Source of the DNA: Dudresnaya verticillata
Taxonomy: Eukaryota
DNA length: 64,000 nucleotides
NCBI GenBank assembly: GCA_977862235.1
Contig: OZ374559.1
Span: forward strand, 744,001 to 808,000
Direction of reading: 5' to 3'
Made by a program: the position numbers and the translations under genes. The notes beneath the pieces were generated by a model. That model ran no database searches. It saw nothing but the letters and a program-made list of their open reading frames with translations, and was not told where the DNA came from. Positions 21,539 through 35,644 of the stretch are shown here, in pieces; position 1 is the stretch's first letter, and every line of letters starts with the position of its first letter.

Positions 21539-21997
21539 ATGTATTTCCGTCTTGCAATTCTTGTCGCCCTCCTCTTGGCTCCCTTCTCATCTGCTACAAC
21601 GTGTCCAAACAATGGAATTTGCCTGCCTCGTCACCTGTGCTACGCTCAAGGTCTTCGTCCGCTTCACGGGAATTACTGTGGAGGTCAAGCTGGGGTTGAA
21701 TGCTGCCCGGGCTACAGGCCTCGAAGATGTTACTATCGAATTCTTAACTACAACATCCCAGGCGTTTGCCAACCGTCGGCCACATGCAAAGGAACTGGTG
21801 CATTCTCCGTATCGTCTCCCAGCTGCAGTGGGATAAACCAGTGCTGTGTCGGATCTTCGCTGTTGCACCCAACACCACGGCCTACGAGGCCTCCAGTTCC
21901 CACTCGCTATCCTCTTCCGTGCAAGAGTCGAAGCACTAGGACTCTTCAAGTTGCATGCAAAATCAATGAATTCACGAAGCGTGTCTTCAGCTTGTAA
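21539..21997 (+). CDS. Secreted defensin/clip-like Cys-rich protein, copy 3
   Basis: Translation identical to copy 1. Confidence 0.85.
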   Translation: MYFRLAILVALLLAPFSSATTCPNNGICLPRHLCYAQGLRPLHGNYCGGQAGVECCPGYRPRRCYYRILNYNIPGVCQPSATCKGTGAFSVSSPSCSGINQCCVGSSLLHPTPRPTRPPVPTRYPLPCKSRSTRTLQVACKINEFTKRVFSL

Positions 21998-24900
21998 TAT
22001 AGGCAGTATGTCGATGATTGTTCCTCATAATTGGTGTGGGAAGAAATTGTTGGGAATGAATCTCTATCCATCCGGTCGTGGTAAACTATTGTTGCTTTTC
22101 TCAACTTTGAGAATAAGGGGATGCCTGCTGTTGTTGCGTTTCTGGCGTCAATAGTCCTGCGACAGTTTGTATTTAAATCCTGAGAAATAACTTGCCTGCA
22201 CGGGCGACCGTAGCAACTGGCTTGTTGTTCTATGGTATCCCTTGCATCTTCTCGCACTTTCCAAGCGCGATCAAGGGATTTTCGATTCCTCTGCCAGCTG
22301 TCCCGTCATGAATGTGCTTGCAGATAAGCGGGATCATCTTCGCATGGACATATTTGTTGATGATAGAAGCTTTACCCACTGTGTGTCTGCAAGCCGTCGG
22401 GGTTTTTGTTATTAGCCCTCACTCTTTTCGTGGCTCCGCGGGCCGCGTTTGCGATTAAGGTATCTATTCTCGCCAACTTCAGAAGCACGAAAACTATCGC
22501 AGGGTCTGTGACAGCCTGTGGATGGAACTCCACCCCATGGCGATGGATATTTAAACACATATGGGCGCATTGGGACAGGATTCGAACGGGCTTGGAATGT
22601 AGGGGATTGCTTCTTTCATGGCTGTGAAGAAAGAAACCTCCCCTTCTGCTGAAGAGATCAACTTCCTACTCGTATTTTGTCTCCTGTTGTTCAACGTGTG
22701 GCTCTCAACGTCAATTGACACAAACGTTCCTCCGCTCTACTGAGTGACAGTCCATAACCTCACTTATGGAGTTTCTTGCTATTCCTCAGTAAAGTTGATC
22801 TCTCTCTGACTTTTTGTCTCTCTCTCTCAATCTAACATGTTGCAGCATTGAGATAATCGTTTTCGGGGCGTTGTACGGTGGAGTACCATGGGTTATATCC
22901 ATCCATTGCGAGAGATGTGATGCATCTATCGAGTAAGACGACAGTTGGTTGCTGTGGCTTCTCTAAAAATAAAGCATCGCGCTCTCACCCCCAACGGAAT
23001 TGAGTTCGAGGCCAGCAGCGATCTTAATAAGCAAGCATCCCTTTATCGTAATAGGAAGAGGTGGCACACACCTTTAATGTAACCTAAGGAGCAACTCTGG
23101 GAAAAAGGTCTAACTACTACCTCGAACCCTATAATAAAGGTCCCCATCTCTATAACTACCAGAACATATAGCAGGAGGAGGAGGAGGAGGAGGAGATAGG
23201 TTGCGGCGATTCACGCTAACGGCAACAGGAAATACATTGAAGAACGAGCGTAGTAAGGGACAGTAATAGAGATAACATCTCAGTGATGCGGGAGGTCCCT
23301 TTCTTGACAGTAATGTTATGCATTGAATGTAATCAGCGATGCGTTGAATAGGAGTGTCAAAACCGAAACCAATGCGGCCGTAAACATCAATAACCATCAA
23401 GCAAGCATCCCTTTAATCGCAATAACCGTAGCATGCAAATGAATATCCAGGTTTCCACGCTCGCGATGATATTGTGACAGCTTGACCTGTTCACGTTAGG
23501 CGATAGCTTGGATATTCACTACCTTTCCTGTTGTGGTTTGTTCGGTGATGAGCTAGGTTGAATGCATAGGTTGCACTCTAATGTTACATTATTTATTTTC
23601 TTCTGCTTGTCCCTGCGCGTGTAACTGTGGCCTCATGCGCTGTAAAAGCAGCAGGCAGTGTTTGTTCTGCTTCAACACCGAAATTGTGATGAAACTGCCG
23701 CTTCTCTCAACAATTGCCTTCAAATAAACAAAAGATGAGATGTGAAAGCGAACTCAGCGGATGACACCCCTATGTACTATAAAGAGCCTGACAACAAGAC
23801 AGTATTGTGTCGAGAAAAAGGGGGAAGCAGCCAGATCCTATCGGTTCACAGTCGGCGATACGATGTTATACAACACAAAGATAGAAAAAGTAGGATATAG
23901 TCAACTAAGGAGTGAGGAAGACCAACTTCAAATTTAGTCCAAAACTAGTGCATCGGTCAAGCCCAGGCCACGAACTGAAGCGTAGAGGGATTTTGTTGTA
24001 TAACAGGAAAGTGAGTGACGGAGAAACAGGTTTACTGCAATACATCAAACCCTCAAGATTCCAGCTGTAATATCAGCTGTGTTGACTTCATAAAGACGTC
24101 CAAGCCGTTTAGATTTATGGAATTTAAGTGAGTACTGTTGAATTGAATGATGATGTTTTATTAAGACTTGAGAAAAAAAGAAGGAAGCTCTAAAGACATT
24201 TCTCTGTGAAGCAAACACCGTTGCAGCACAAAGCCTACGATTCACATTGATACCTGCAAAGTGCAGAATACTCAAGACTAGGATAGAGGATAATGTGCGA
24301 TATTCCTGAGAGGGATTAGTGCCTTGACGGGAGGAGATGTATTGCGCAGGTGCCTGGAGGTATTAGCGACTGTGACACACGGCACCCGGAAACTGTAGAC
24401 CAACCAGTTCGTTGAGGTCTCCAATTCGAAGAATATGCAAGGCCAAGCAGTGCCCAGACGGGGCAGGACAATGGACTAGGATGGCCGTGTCACAAACAGA
24501 TCGACGCAAGTCGGCATCGCACAGAGGGCCGGTAGTGCAAACGTTAAGTACCACAAATTGGACTCAATGATGGAACAAAGTGAAGAGTGTGAGGAAGGCG
24601 CTCCGCTGCTCTACAACTCTAATTCTAACGTTCTGTTTTCCCACGTGATACTTTGTTCTTCAGTCGCCTCGTGGTCATTCTCTCAAATACTTTTCCGGAT
24701 GGCCTGCTGTACCATTGCTTCCTATTATTGAGCGTAGGGACCACAACTGCGATTGCCAATGCTGCGGGTCCCTGCACTCAGGCACCTCACTCCCCCATTC
24801 CCTATTCAGCCATCACCGTATGTACCATAGTATGTGGGAATTAGCAGGGACCATATCAAAGCCATTGGAACATGACAACCATGCTACTTTTTGTATGGCT

Positions 24901-26087
24901 TGTCATTCAACTCAGAACAACATTGCTGTGCAATGAACATTCCTAAATAGCATGTACAGAACGATGTACTCCCCCTTGGTTCATGGTCATTCCTTCTGCC
25001 TTCACCATTCAACCTCACTTCGATCCACTACTGCTCCACTCTACCAAATGGCAACCGCAAAACGAGGGTACAACAGTGCGATAACAGCACAACACATTAA
25101 TCTGTATCGCGATATTGTGTCGTGAATTGTAGCTGAGTTTAAAGAACGTAGCAGTTGCCGCAGTACACCAACCGTAGGGCGCTGCCGTAAACCTCTGAAG
25201 ACCAGCCGATACCGACATGTTTAAAGTTCTCACTATCACAACACACATTCTATGGACCATAACAACCATTTGAATATCTTTTTACCCCAGCTAATGCTAG
25301 TTGCAATAAGACTCACTGCTCGAACGTCGATGCATTCCGTGGTATGAAGATACAGGGATGATGCCCTCGCATTCCGAGCTCGTCAACCATCTCTGGGATA
25401 CTCTTGAGACGAAATCCTTCGCACTTTGGGATGAATGTTGTGACCCTATAGGCCAAGGAAATGAACGGTTCACAGCTACAGGATTCTGAATACCCGCGCA
25501 TTACGCAGCGTTTCAGCCGGAGAACGCCAAATTCTATTTCGGTACTTCAAGGGGAAAGGTAAAAGGAGCTCTGCAACCTCCCACTTTAGCTTCCACTCAG
25601 TGTCAAGGCAGTCTTGAGGCTTCTTTCCCGCGAAGGAAATCATGAGATGTAGCATCTGTATTAACCTCACACACAAAGATAAAAGGAACATACGGCTTCT
25701 GAAGGAACGAGCTTTCTCAAGCTTCTTCGCCAACTACCATGTGTGGAGGAGAACACGCCAATGTGTCGAAGGTACCGAAATCTAAAGAACGTCTCACACC
25801 ATTCACACCATTCAATGGTACACATCAACTTGCACGGCACTAGTTCACTGCACTTGTAACATGTTTTGCGGAAATGGAACAGAATGTAATAAGCATTCAA
25901 CCAAGAAGGAATGTTCTTGAACAAAATATTAAGGTTCCGCTTCACTATATAAATCTCAAGCTATCATCGGTACAAGTGGGGAACAGAATCCACAAGCAAC
26001 TTCCCCGCTCTGCGGACAAAGGACAACAACTATAGCACACAGCACGCCCTAACCTCAGTTTTCAGAAGTTCTCGACCGGTACCCAAA

Positions 26088-26546
26088 ATGTATTTCCGTC
26101 TTGCAATTCTTGTCGCCCTCCTCTTGGCTCCCTTCTCATCTGCTACAACGTGTCCAAACAATGGAATTTGCCTGCCTCGTCACCTGTGCTACGCTCAAGG
26201 TCTTCGTCCGCTTCACGGGAATTACTGTGGAGGTCAAGCTGGGGTTGAATGCTGCCCGGGCTACAGGCCTCGAAGATGTTACTATCGAATTCTTAACTAC
26301 AACATCCCAGGCGTTTGCCAACCGTCGGCCACATGCAAAGGAACTGGTGCATTCTCCGTATCGTCTCCCAGCTGCAGTGGGATAAACCAGTGCTGTGTCG
26401 GATCTTCGCTGTTGCACCCAACACCACGGCCTACGAGGCCTCCAGTTCCCACTCGCTATCCTCTTCCGTGCAAGAGTCGAAGCACTAGGACTCTTCAAGT
26501 TGCATGCAAAATCAATGAATTCACGAAGCGTGTCTTCAGCTTGTAA
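26088..26546 (+). CDS. Secreted defensin/clip-like Cys-rich protein, copy 4
   Basis: Translation identical to copy 1. Confidence 0.85.
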   Translation: MYFRLAILVALLLAPFSSATTCPNNGICLPRHLCYAQGLRPLHGNYCGGQAGVECCPGYRPRRCYYRILNYNIPGVCQPSATCKGTGAFSVSSPSCSGINQCCVGSSLLHPTPRPTRPPVPTRYPLPCKSRSTRTLQVACKINEFTKRVFSL

Positions 26547-29500
26547 TATAGGCAGTATGTCGATGATTGTTCCTCATAATTGGTGTGGGAAGAAATTGTT
26601 GGGAATGAATCTCTATCCATCCGGTCGTGGTAAACTATTGTTGCTTTTCTCAACTTTGAGAATAAGGGGATGCCTGCTGTTGTTGCGTTTCTGGCGTCAA
26701 TAGTCCTGCGACAGTTTGTATTTAAATCCTGAGAAATAACTTGCCTGCACGGGCGACCGTAGCAACTGGCTTGTTGTTCTATGGTATCCCTTGCATCTTC
26801 TCGCACTTTCCAAGCGCGATCAAGGGATTTTCGATTCCTCTGCCAGCTGTCCCGTCATGAATGTGCTTGCAGATAAGCGGGATCATCTTCGCATGGACAT
26901 ATTTGTTGATGATAGAAGCTTTACCCACTGTGTGTCTGCAAGCCGTCGGGGTTTTTGTTATTAGCCCTCACTCTTTTCGTGGCTCCGCGGGCCGCGTTTG
27001 CGATTAAGGTATCTATTCTCGCCAACTTCAGAAGCACGAAAACTATCGCAGGGTCTGTGACAGCCTGTGGATGGAACTCCACCCCATGGCGATGGATATT
27101 TAAACACATATGGGCGCATTGGGACAGGATTCGAACGGGCTTGGAATGTAGGGGATTGCTTCTTTCATGGCTGTGAAGAAAGAAACCTCCCCTTCTGCTG
27201 AAGAGATCAACTTCCTACTCGTATTTTGTCTCCTGTTGTTCAACGTGTGGCTCTCAACGTCAATTGACACAAACGTTCCTCCGCTCTACTGAGTGACAGT
27301 CCATAACCTCACTTATGGAGTTTCTTGCTATTCCTCAGTAAAGTTGATCTCTCTCTGACTTTTTGTCTCTCTCTCTCAATCTAACATGTTGCAGCATTGA
27401 GATAATCGTTTTCGGGGCGTTGTACGGTGGAGTACCATGGGTTATATCCATCCATTGCGAGAGATGTGATGCATCTATCGAGTAAGACGACAGTTGGTTG
27501 CTGTGGCTTCTCTAAAAATAAAGCATCGCGCTCTCACCCCCAACGGAATTGAGTTCGAGGCCAGCAGCGATCTTAATAAGCAAGCATCCCTTTATCGTAA
27601 TAGGAAGAGGTGGCACACACCTTTAATGTAACCTAAGGAGCAACTCTGGGAAAAAGGTCTAACTACTACCTCGAACCCTATAATAAAGGTCCCCATCTCT
27701 ATAACTACCAGAACATATAGCAGGAGGAGGAGGAGGAGGAGGAGATAGGTTGCGGCGATTCACGCTAACGGCAACAGGAAATACATTGAAGAACGAGCGT
27801 AGTAAGGGACAGTAATAGAGATAACATCTCAGTGATGCGGGAGGTCCCTTTCTTGACAGTAATGTTATGCATTGAATGTAATCAGCGATGCGTTGAATAG
27901 GAGTGTCAAAACCGAAACCAATGCGGCCGTAAACATCAATAACCATCAAGCAAGCATCCCTTTAATCGCAATAACCGTAGCATGCAAATGAATATCCAGG
28001 TTTCCACGCTCGCGATGATATTGTGACAGCTTGACCTGTTCACGTTAGGCGATAGCTTGGATATTCACTACCTTTCCTGTTGTGGTTTGTTCGGTGATGA
28101 GCTAGGTTGAATGCATAGGTTGCACTCTAATGTTACATTATTTATTTTCTTCTGCTTGTCCCTGCGCGTGTAACTGTGGCCTCATGCGCTGTAAAAGCAG
28201 CAGGCAGTGTTTGTTCTGCTTCAACACCGAAATTGTGATGAAACTGCCGCTTCTCTCAACAATTGCCTTCAAATAAACAAAAGATGAGATGTGAAAGCGA
28301 ACTCAGCGGATGACACCCCTATGTACTATAAAGAGCCTGACAACAAGACAGTATTGTGTCGAGAAAAAGGGGGAAGCAGCCAGATCCTATCGGTTCACAG
28401 TCGGCGATACGATGTTATACAACACAAAGATAGAAAAAGTAGGATATAGTCAACTAAGGAGTGAGGAAGACCAACTTCAAATTTAGTCCAAAACTAGTGC
28501 ATCGGTCAAGCCCAGGCCACGAACTGAAGCGTAGAGGGATTTTGTTGTATAACAGGAAAGTGAGTGACGGAGAAACAGGTTTACTGCAATACATCAAACC
28601 CTCAAGATTCCAGCTGTAATATCAGCTGTGTTGACTTCATAAAGACGTCCAAGCCGTTTAGATTTATGGAATTTAAGTGAGTACTGTTGAATTGAATGAT
28701 GATGTTTTATTAAGACTTGAGAAAAAAAGAAGGAAGCTCTAAAGACATTTCTCTGTGAAGCAAACACCGTTGCAGCACAAAGCCTACGATTCACATTGAT
28801 ACCTGCAAAGTGCAGAATACTCAAGACTAGGATAGAGGATAATGTGCGATATTCCTGAGAGGGATTAGTGCCTTGACGGGAGGAGATGTATTGCGCAGGT
28901 GCCTGGAGGTATTAGCGACTGTGACACACGGCACCCGGAAACTGTAGACCAACCAGTTCGTTGAGGTCTCCAATTCGAAGAATATGCAAGGCCAAGCAGT
29001 GCCCAGACGGGGCAGGACAATGGACTAGGATGGCCGTGTCACAAACAGATCGACGCAAGTCGGCATCGCACAGAGGGCCGGTAGTGCAAACGTTAAGTAC
29101 CACAAATTGGACTCAATGATGGAACAAAGTGAAGAGTGTGAGGAAGGCGCTCCGCTGCTCTACAACTCTAATTCTAACGTTCTGTTTTCCCACGTGATAC
29201 TTTGTTCTTCAGTCGCCTCGTGGTCATTCTCTCAAATACTTTTCCGGATGGCCTGCTGTACCATTGCTTCCTATTATTGAGCGTAGGGACCACAACTGCG
29301 ATTGCCAATGCTGCGGGTCCCTGCACTCAGGCACCTCACTCCCCCATTCCCTATTCAGCCATCACCGTATGTACCATAGTATGTGGGAATTAGCAGGGAC
29401 CATATCAAAGCCATTGGAACATGACAACCATGCTACTTTTTGTATGGCTTGTCATTCAACTCAGAACAACATTGCTGTGCAATGAACATTCCTAAATAGC

Positions 29501-30636
29501 ATGTACAGAACGATGTACTCCCCCTTGGTTCATGGTCATTCCTTCTGCCTTCACCATTCAACCTCACTTCGATCCACTACTGCTCCACTCTACCAAATGG
29601 CAACCGCAAAACGAGGGTACAACAGTGCGATAACAGCACAACACATTAATCTGTATCGCGATATTGTGTCGTGAATTGTAGCTGAGTTTAAAGAACGTAG
29701 CAGTTGCCGCAGTACACCAACCGTAGGGCGCTGCCGTAAACCTCTGAAGACCAGCCGATACCGACATGTTTAAAGTTCTCACTATCACAACACACATTCT
29801 ATGGACCATAACAACCATTTGAATATCTTTTTACCCCAGCTAATGCTAGTTGCAATAAGACTCACTGCTCGAACGTCGATGCATTCCGTGGTATGAAGAT
29901 ACAGGGATGATGCCCTCGCATTCCGAGCTCGTCAACCATCTCTGGGATACTCTTGAGACGAAATCCTTCGCACTTTGGGATGAATGTTGTGACCCTATAG
30001 GCCAAGGAAATGAACGGTTCACAGCTACAGGATTCTGAATACCCGCGCATTACGCAGCGTTTCAGCCGGAGAACGCCAAATTCTATTTCGGTACTTCAAG
30101 GGGAAAGGTAAAAGGAGCTCTGCAACCTCCCACTTTAGCTTCCACTCAGTGTCAAGGCAGTCTTGAGGCTTCTTTCCCGCGAAGGAAATCATGAGATGTA
30201 GCATCTGTATTAACCTCACACACAAAGATAAAAGGAACATACGGCTTCTGAAGGAACGAGCTTTCTCAAGCTTCTTCGCCAACTACCATGTGTGGAGGAG
30301 AACACGCCAATGTGTCGAAGGTACCGAAATCTAAAGAACGTCTCACACCATTCACACCATTCAATGGTACACATCAACTTGCACGGCACTAGTTCACTGC
30401 ACTTGTAACATGTTTTGCGGAAATGGAACAGAATGTAATAAGCATTCAACCAAGAAGGAATGTTCTTGAACAAAATATTAAGGTTCCGCTTCACTATATA
30501 AATCTCAAGCTATCATCGGTACAAGTGGGGAACAGAATCCACAAGCAACTTCCCCGCTCTGCGGACAAAGGACAACAACTATAGCACACAGCACGCCCTA
30601 ACCTCAGTTTTCAGAAGTTCTCGACCGGTACCCAAA

Positions 30637-31095
30637 ATGTATTTCCGTCTTGCAATTCTTGTCGCCCTCCTCTTGGCTCCCTTCTCATCTGCTACAACGT
30701 GTCCAAACAATGGAATTTGCCTGCCTCGTCACCTGTGCTACGCTCAAGGTCTTCGTCCGCTTCACGGGAATTACTGTGGAGGTCAAGCTGGGGTTGAATG
30801 CTGCCCGGGCTACAGGCCTCGAAGATGTTACTATCGAATTCTTAACTACAACATCCCAGGCGTTTGCCAACCGTCGGCCACATGCAAAGGAACTGGTGCA
30901 TTCTCCGTATCGTCTCCCAGCTGCAGTGGGATAAACCAGTGCTGTGTCGGATCTTCGCTGTTGCACCCAACACCACGGCCTACGAGGCCTCCAGTTCCCA
31001 CTCGCTATCCTCTTCCGTGCAAGAGTCGAAGCACTAGGACTCTTCAAGTTGCATGCAAAATCAATGAATTCACGAAGCGTGTCTTCAGCTTGTAA
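30637..31095 (+). CDS. Secreted defensin/clip-like Cys-rich protein, copy 5
   Basis: Translation identical to copy 1. Confidence 0.85.
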   Translation: MYFRLAILVALLLAPFSSATTCPNNGICLPRHLCYAQGLRPLHGNYCGGQAGVECCPGYRPRRCYYRILNYNIPGVCQPSATCKGTGAFSVSSPSCSGINQCCVGSSLLHPTPRPTRPPVPTRYPLPCKSRSTRTLQVACKINEFTKRVFSL

Positions 31096-34000
31096 TATAG
31101 GCAGTATGTCGATGATTGTTCCTCATAATTGGTGTGGGAAGAAATTGTTGGGAATGAATCTCTATCCATCCGGTCGTGGTAAACTATTGTTGCTTTTCTC
31201 AACTTTGAGAATAAGGGGATGCCTGCTGTTGTTGCGTTTCTGGCGTCAATAGTCCTGCGACAGTTTGTATTTAAATCCTGAGAAATAACTTGCCTGCACG
31301 GGCGACCGTAGCAACTGGCTTGTTGTTCTATGGTATCCCTTGCATCTTCTCGCACTTTCCAAGCGCGATCAAGGGATTTTCGATTCCTCTGCCAGCTGTC
31401 CCGTCATGAATGTGCTTGCAGATAAGCGGGATCATCTTCGCATGGACATATTTGTTGATGATAGAAGCTTTACCCACTGTGTGTCTGCAAGCCGTCGGGG
31501 TTTTTGTTATTAGCCCTCACTCTTTTCGTGGCTCCGCGGGCCGCGTTTGCGATTAAGGTATCTATTCTCGCCAACTTCAGAAGCACGAAAACTATCGCAG
31601 GGTCTGTGACAGCCTGTGGATGGAACTCCACCCCATGGCGATGGATATTTAAACACATATGGGCGCATTGGGACAGGATTCGAACGGGCTTGGAATGTAG
31701 GGGATTGCTTCTTTCATGGCTGTGAAGAAAGAAACCTCCCCTTCTGCTGAAGAGATCAACTTCCTACTCGTATTTTGTCTCCTGTTGTTCAACGTGTGGC
31801 TCTCAACGTCAATTGACACAAACGTTCCTCCGCTCTACTGAGTGACAGTCCATAACCTCACTTATGGAGTTTCTTGCTATTCCTCAGTAAAGTTGATCTC
31901 TCTCTGACTTTTTGTCTCTCTCTCTCAATCTAACATGTTGCAGCATTGAGATAATCGTTTTCGGGGCGTTGTACGGTGGAGTACCATGGGTTATATCCAT
32001 CCATTGCGAGAGATGTGATGCATCTATCGAGTAAGACGACAGTTGGTTGCTGTGGCTTCTCTAAAAATAAAGCATCGCGCTCTCACCCCCAACGGAATTG
32101 AGTTCGAGGCCAGCAGCGATCTTAATAAGCAAGCATCCCTTTATCGTAATAGGAAGAGGTGGCACACACCTTTAATGTAACCTAAGGAGCAACTCTGGGA
32201 AAAAGGTCTAACTACTACCTCGAACCCTATAATAAAGGTCCCCATCTCTATAACTACCAGAACATATAGCAGGAGGAGGAGGAGGAGGAGGAGATAGGTT
32301 GCGGCGATTCACGCTAACGGCAACAGGAAATACATTGAAGAACGAGCGTAGTAAGGGACAGTAATAGAGATAACATCTCAGTGATGCGGGAGGTCCCTTT
32401 CTTGACAGTAATGTTATGCATTGAATGTAATCAGCGATGCGTTGAATAGGAGTGTCAAAACCGAAACCAATGCGGCCGTAAACATCAATAACCATCAAGC
32501 AAGCATCCCTTTAATCGCAATAACCGTAGCATGCAAATGAATATCCAGGTTTCCACGCTCGCGATGATATTGTGACAGCTTGACCTGTTCACGTTAGGCG
32601 ATAGCTTGGATATTCACTACCTTTCCTGTTGTGGTTTGTTCGGTGATGAGCTAGGTTGAATGCATAGGTTGCACTCTAATGTTACATTATTTATTTTCTT
32701 CTGCTTGTCCCTGCGCGTGTAACTGTGGCCTCATGCGCTGTAAAAGCAGCAGGCAGTGTTTGTTCTGCTTCAACACCGAAATTGTGATGAAACTGCCGCT
32801 TCTCTCAACAATTGCCTTCAAATAAACAAAAGATGAGATGTGAAAGCGAACTCAGCGGATGACACCCCTATGTACTATAAAGAGCCTGACAACAAGACAG
32901 TATTGTGTCGAGAAAAAGGGGGAAGCAGCCAGATCCTATCGGTTCACAGTCGGCGATACGATGTTATACAACACAAAGATAGAAAAAGTAGGATATAGTC
33001 AACTAAGGAGTGAGGAAGACCAACTTCAAATTTAGTCCAAAACTAGTGCATCGGTCAAGCCCAGGCCACGAACTGAAGCGTAGAGGGATTTTGTTGTATA
33101 ACAGGAAAGTGAGTGACGGAGAAACAGGTTTACTGCAATACATCAAACCCTCAAGATTCCAGCTGTAATATCAGCTGTGTTGACTTCATAAAGACGTCCA
33201 AGCCGTTTAGATTTATGGAATTTAAGTGAGTACTGTTGAATTGAATGATGATGTTTTATTAAGACTTGAGAAAAAAAGAAGGAAGCTCTAAAGACATTTC
33301 TCTGTGAAGCAAACACCGTTGCAGCACAAAGCCTACGATTCACATTGATACCTGCAAAGTGCAGAATACTCAAGACTAGGATAGAGGATAATGTGCGATA
33401 TTCCTGAGAGGGATTAGTGCCTTGACGGGAGGAGATGTATTGCGCAGGTGCCTGGAGGTATTAGCGACTGTGACACACGGCACCCGGAAACTGTAGACCA
33501 ACCAGTTCGTTGAGGTCTCCAATTCGAAGAATATGCAAGGCCAAGCAGTGCCCAGACGGGGCAGGACAATGGACTAGGATGGCCGTGTCACAAACAGATC
33601 GACGCAAGTCGGCATCGCACAGAGGGCCGGTAGTGCAAACGTTAAGTACCACAAATTGGTCTCAATGATGGAACAAAGTGAAGAGTGTGAGGAAGGCGCT
33701 CCGCTGCTCTACAACTCTAATTCTAACGTTCTGTTTTCCCACGTGATACTTTGTTCTTCAGTCGCCTCGTGGTCATTCTCTCAAATACTTTTCCGGATGG
33801 CCTGCTGTACCATTGCTTCCTATTATTGAGCGTAGGGACCACAACTGCGATTGCCAATGCTGCGGGTCCCTGCACTCAGGCACCTCACTCCCCCATTCCC
33901 TATTCAGCCATCACCGTATGTACCATAGTATGTGGGAATTAGCAGGGACCATATCAAAGCCATTGGAACATGACAACCATGCTACTTTTTGTATGGCTTG

Positions 34001-35185
34001 TCATTCAACTCAGAACAACATTGCTGTGCAATGAACATTCCTAAATAGCATGTACAGAACGATGTACTCCCCCTTGGTTCATGGTCATTCCTTCTGCCTT
34101 CACCATTCAACCTCACTTCGATCCACTACTGCTCCACTCTACCAAATGGCAACCGCAAAACGAGGGTACAACAGTGCGATAACAGCACAACACATTAATC
34201 TGTATCGCGATATTGTGTCGTGAATTGTAGCTGAGTTTAAAGAACGTAGCAGTTGCCGCAGTACACCAACCGTAGGGCGCTGCCGTAAACCTCTGAAGAC
34301 CAGCCGATACCGACATGTTTAAAGTTCTCACTATCACAACACACATTCTATGGACCATAACAACCATTTGAATATCTTTTTACCCCAGCTAATGCTAGTT
34401 GCAATAAGACTCACTGCTCGAACGTCGATGCATTCCGTGGTATGAAGATACAGGGATGATGCCCTCGCATTCCGAGCTCGTCAACCATCTCTGGGATACT
34501 CTTGAGACGAAATCCTTCGCACTTTGGGATGAATGTTGTGACCCTATAGGCCAAGGAAATGAACGGTTCACAGCTACAGGATTCTGAATACCCGCGCATT
34601 ACGCAGCGTTTCAGCCGGAGAACGCCAAATTCTATTTCGGTACTTCAAGGGGAAAGGTAAAAGGAGCTCTGCAACCTCCCACTTTAGCTTCCACTCAGTG
34701 TCAAGGCAGTCTTGAGGCTTCTTTCCCGCGAAGGAAATCATGAGATGTAGCATCTGTATTAACCTCACACACAAAGATAAAAGGAACATACGGCTTCTGA
34801 AGGAACGAGCTTTCTCAAGCTTCTTCGCCAACTACCATGTGTGGAGGAGAACACGCCAATGTGTCGAAGGTACCGAAATCTAAAGAACGTCTCACACCAT
34901 TCACACCATTCAATGGTACACATCAACTTGCACGGCACTAGTTCACTGCACTTGTAACATGTTTTGCGGAAATGGAACAGAATGTAATAAGCATTCAACC
35001 AAGAAGGAATGTTCTTGAACAAAATATTAAGGTTCCGCTTCACTATATAAATCTCAAGCTATCATCGGTACAAGTGGGGAACAGAATCCACAAGCAACTT
35101 CCCCGCTCTGCGGACAAAGGACAACAACTATAGCACACAGCACGCCCTAACCTCAGTTTTCAGAAGTTCTCGACCGGTACCCAAA

Positions 35186-35644
35186 ATGTATTTCCGTCTT
35201 GCAATTCTTGTCGCCCTCCTCTTGGCTCCCTTCTCATCTGCTACAACGTGTCCAAACAATGGAATTTGCCTGCCTCGTCACCTGTGCTACGCTCAAGGTC
35301 TTCGTCCGCTTCACGGGAATTACTGTGGAGGTCAAGCTGGGGTTGAATGCTGCCCGGGCTACAGGCCTCGAAGATGTTACTATCGAATTCTTAACTACAA
35401 CATCCCAGGCGTTTGCCAACCGTCGGCCACATGCAAAGGAACTGGTGCATTCTCCGTATCGTCTCCCAGCTGCAGTGGGATAAACCAGTGCTGTGTCGGA
35501 TCTTCGCTGTTGCACCCAACACCACGGCCTACGAGGCCTCCAGTTCCCACTCGCTATCCTCTTCCGTGCAAGAGTCGAAGCACTAGGACTCTTCAAGTTG
35601 CATGCAAAATCAATGAATTCACGAAGCGTGTCTTCAGCTTGTAA
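35186..35644 (+). CDS. Secreted defensin/clip-like Cys-rich protein, copy 6
   Basis: Translation identical to copy 1. Confidence 0.85.
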   Translation: MYFRLAILVALLLAPFSSATTCPNNGICLPRHLCYAQGLRPLHGNYCGGQAGVECCPGYRPRRCYYRILNYNIPGVCQPSATCKGTGAFSVSSPSCSGINQCCVGSSLLHPTPRPTRPPVPTRYPLPCKSRSTRTLQVACKINEFTKRVFSL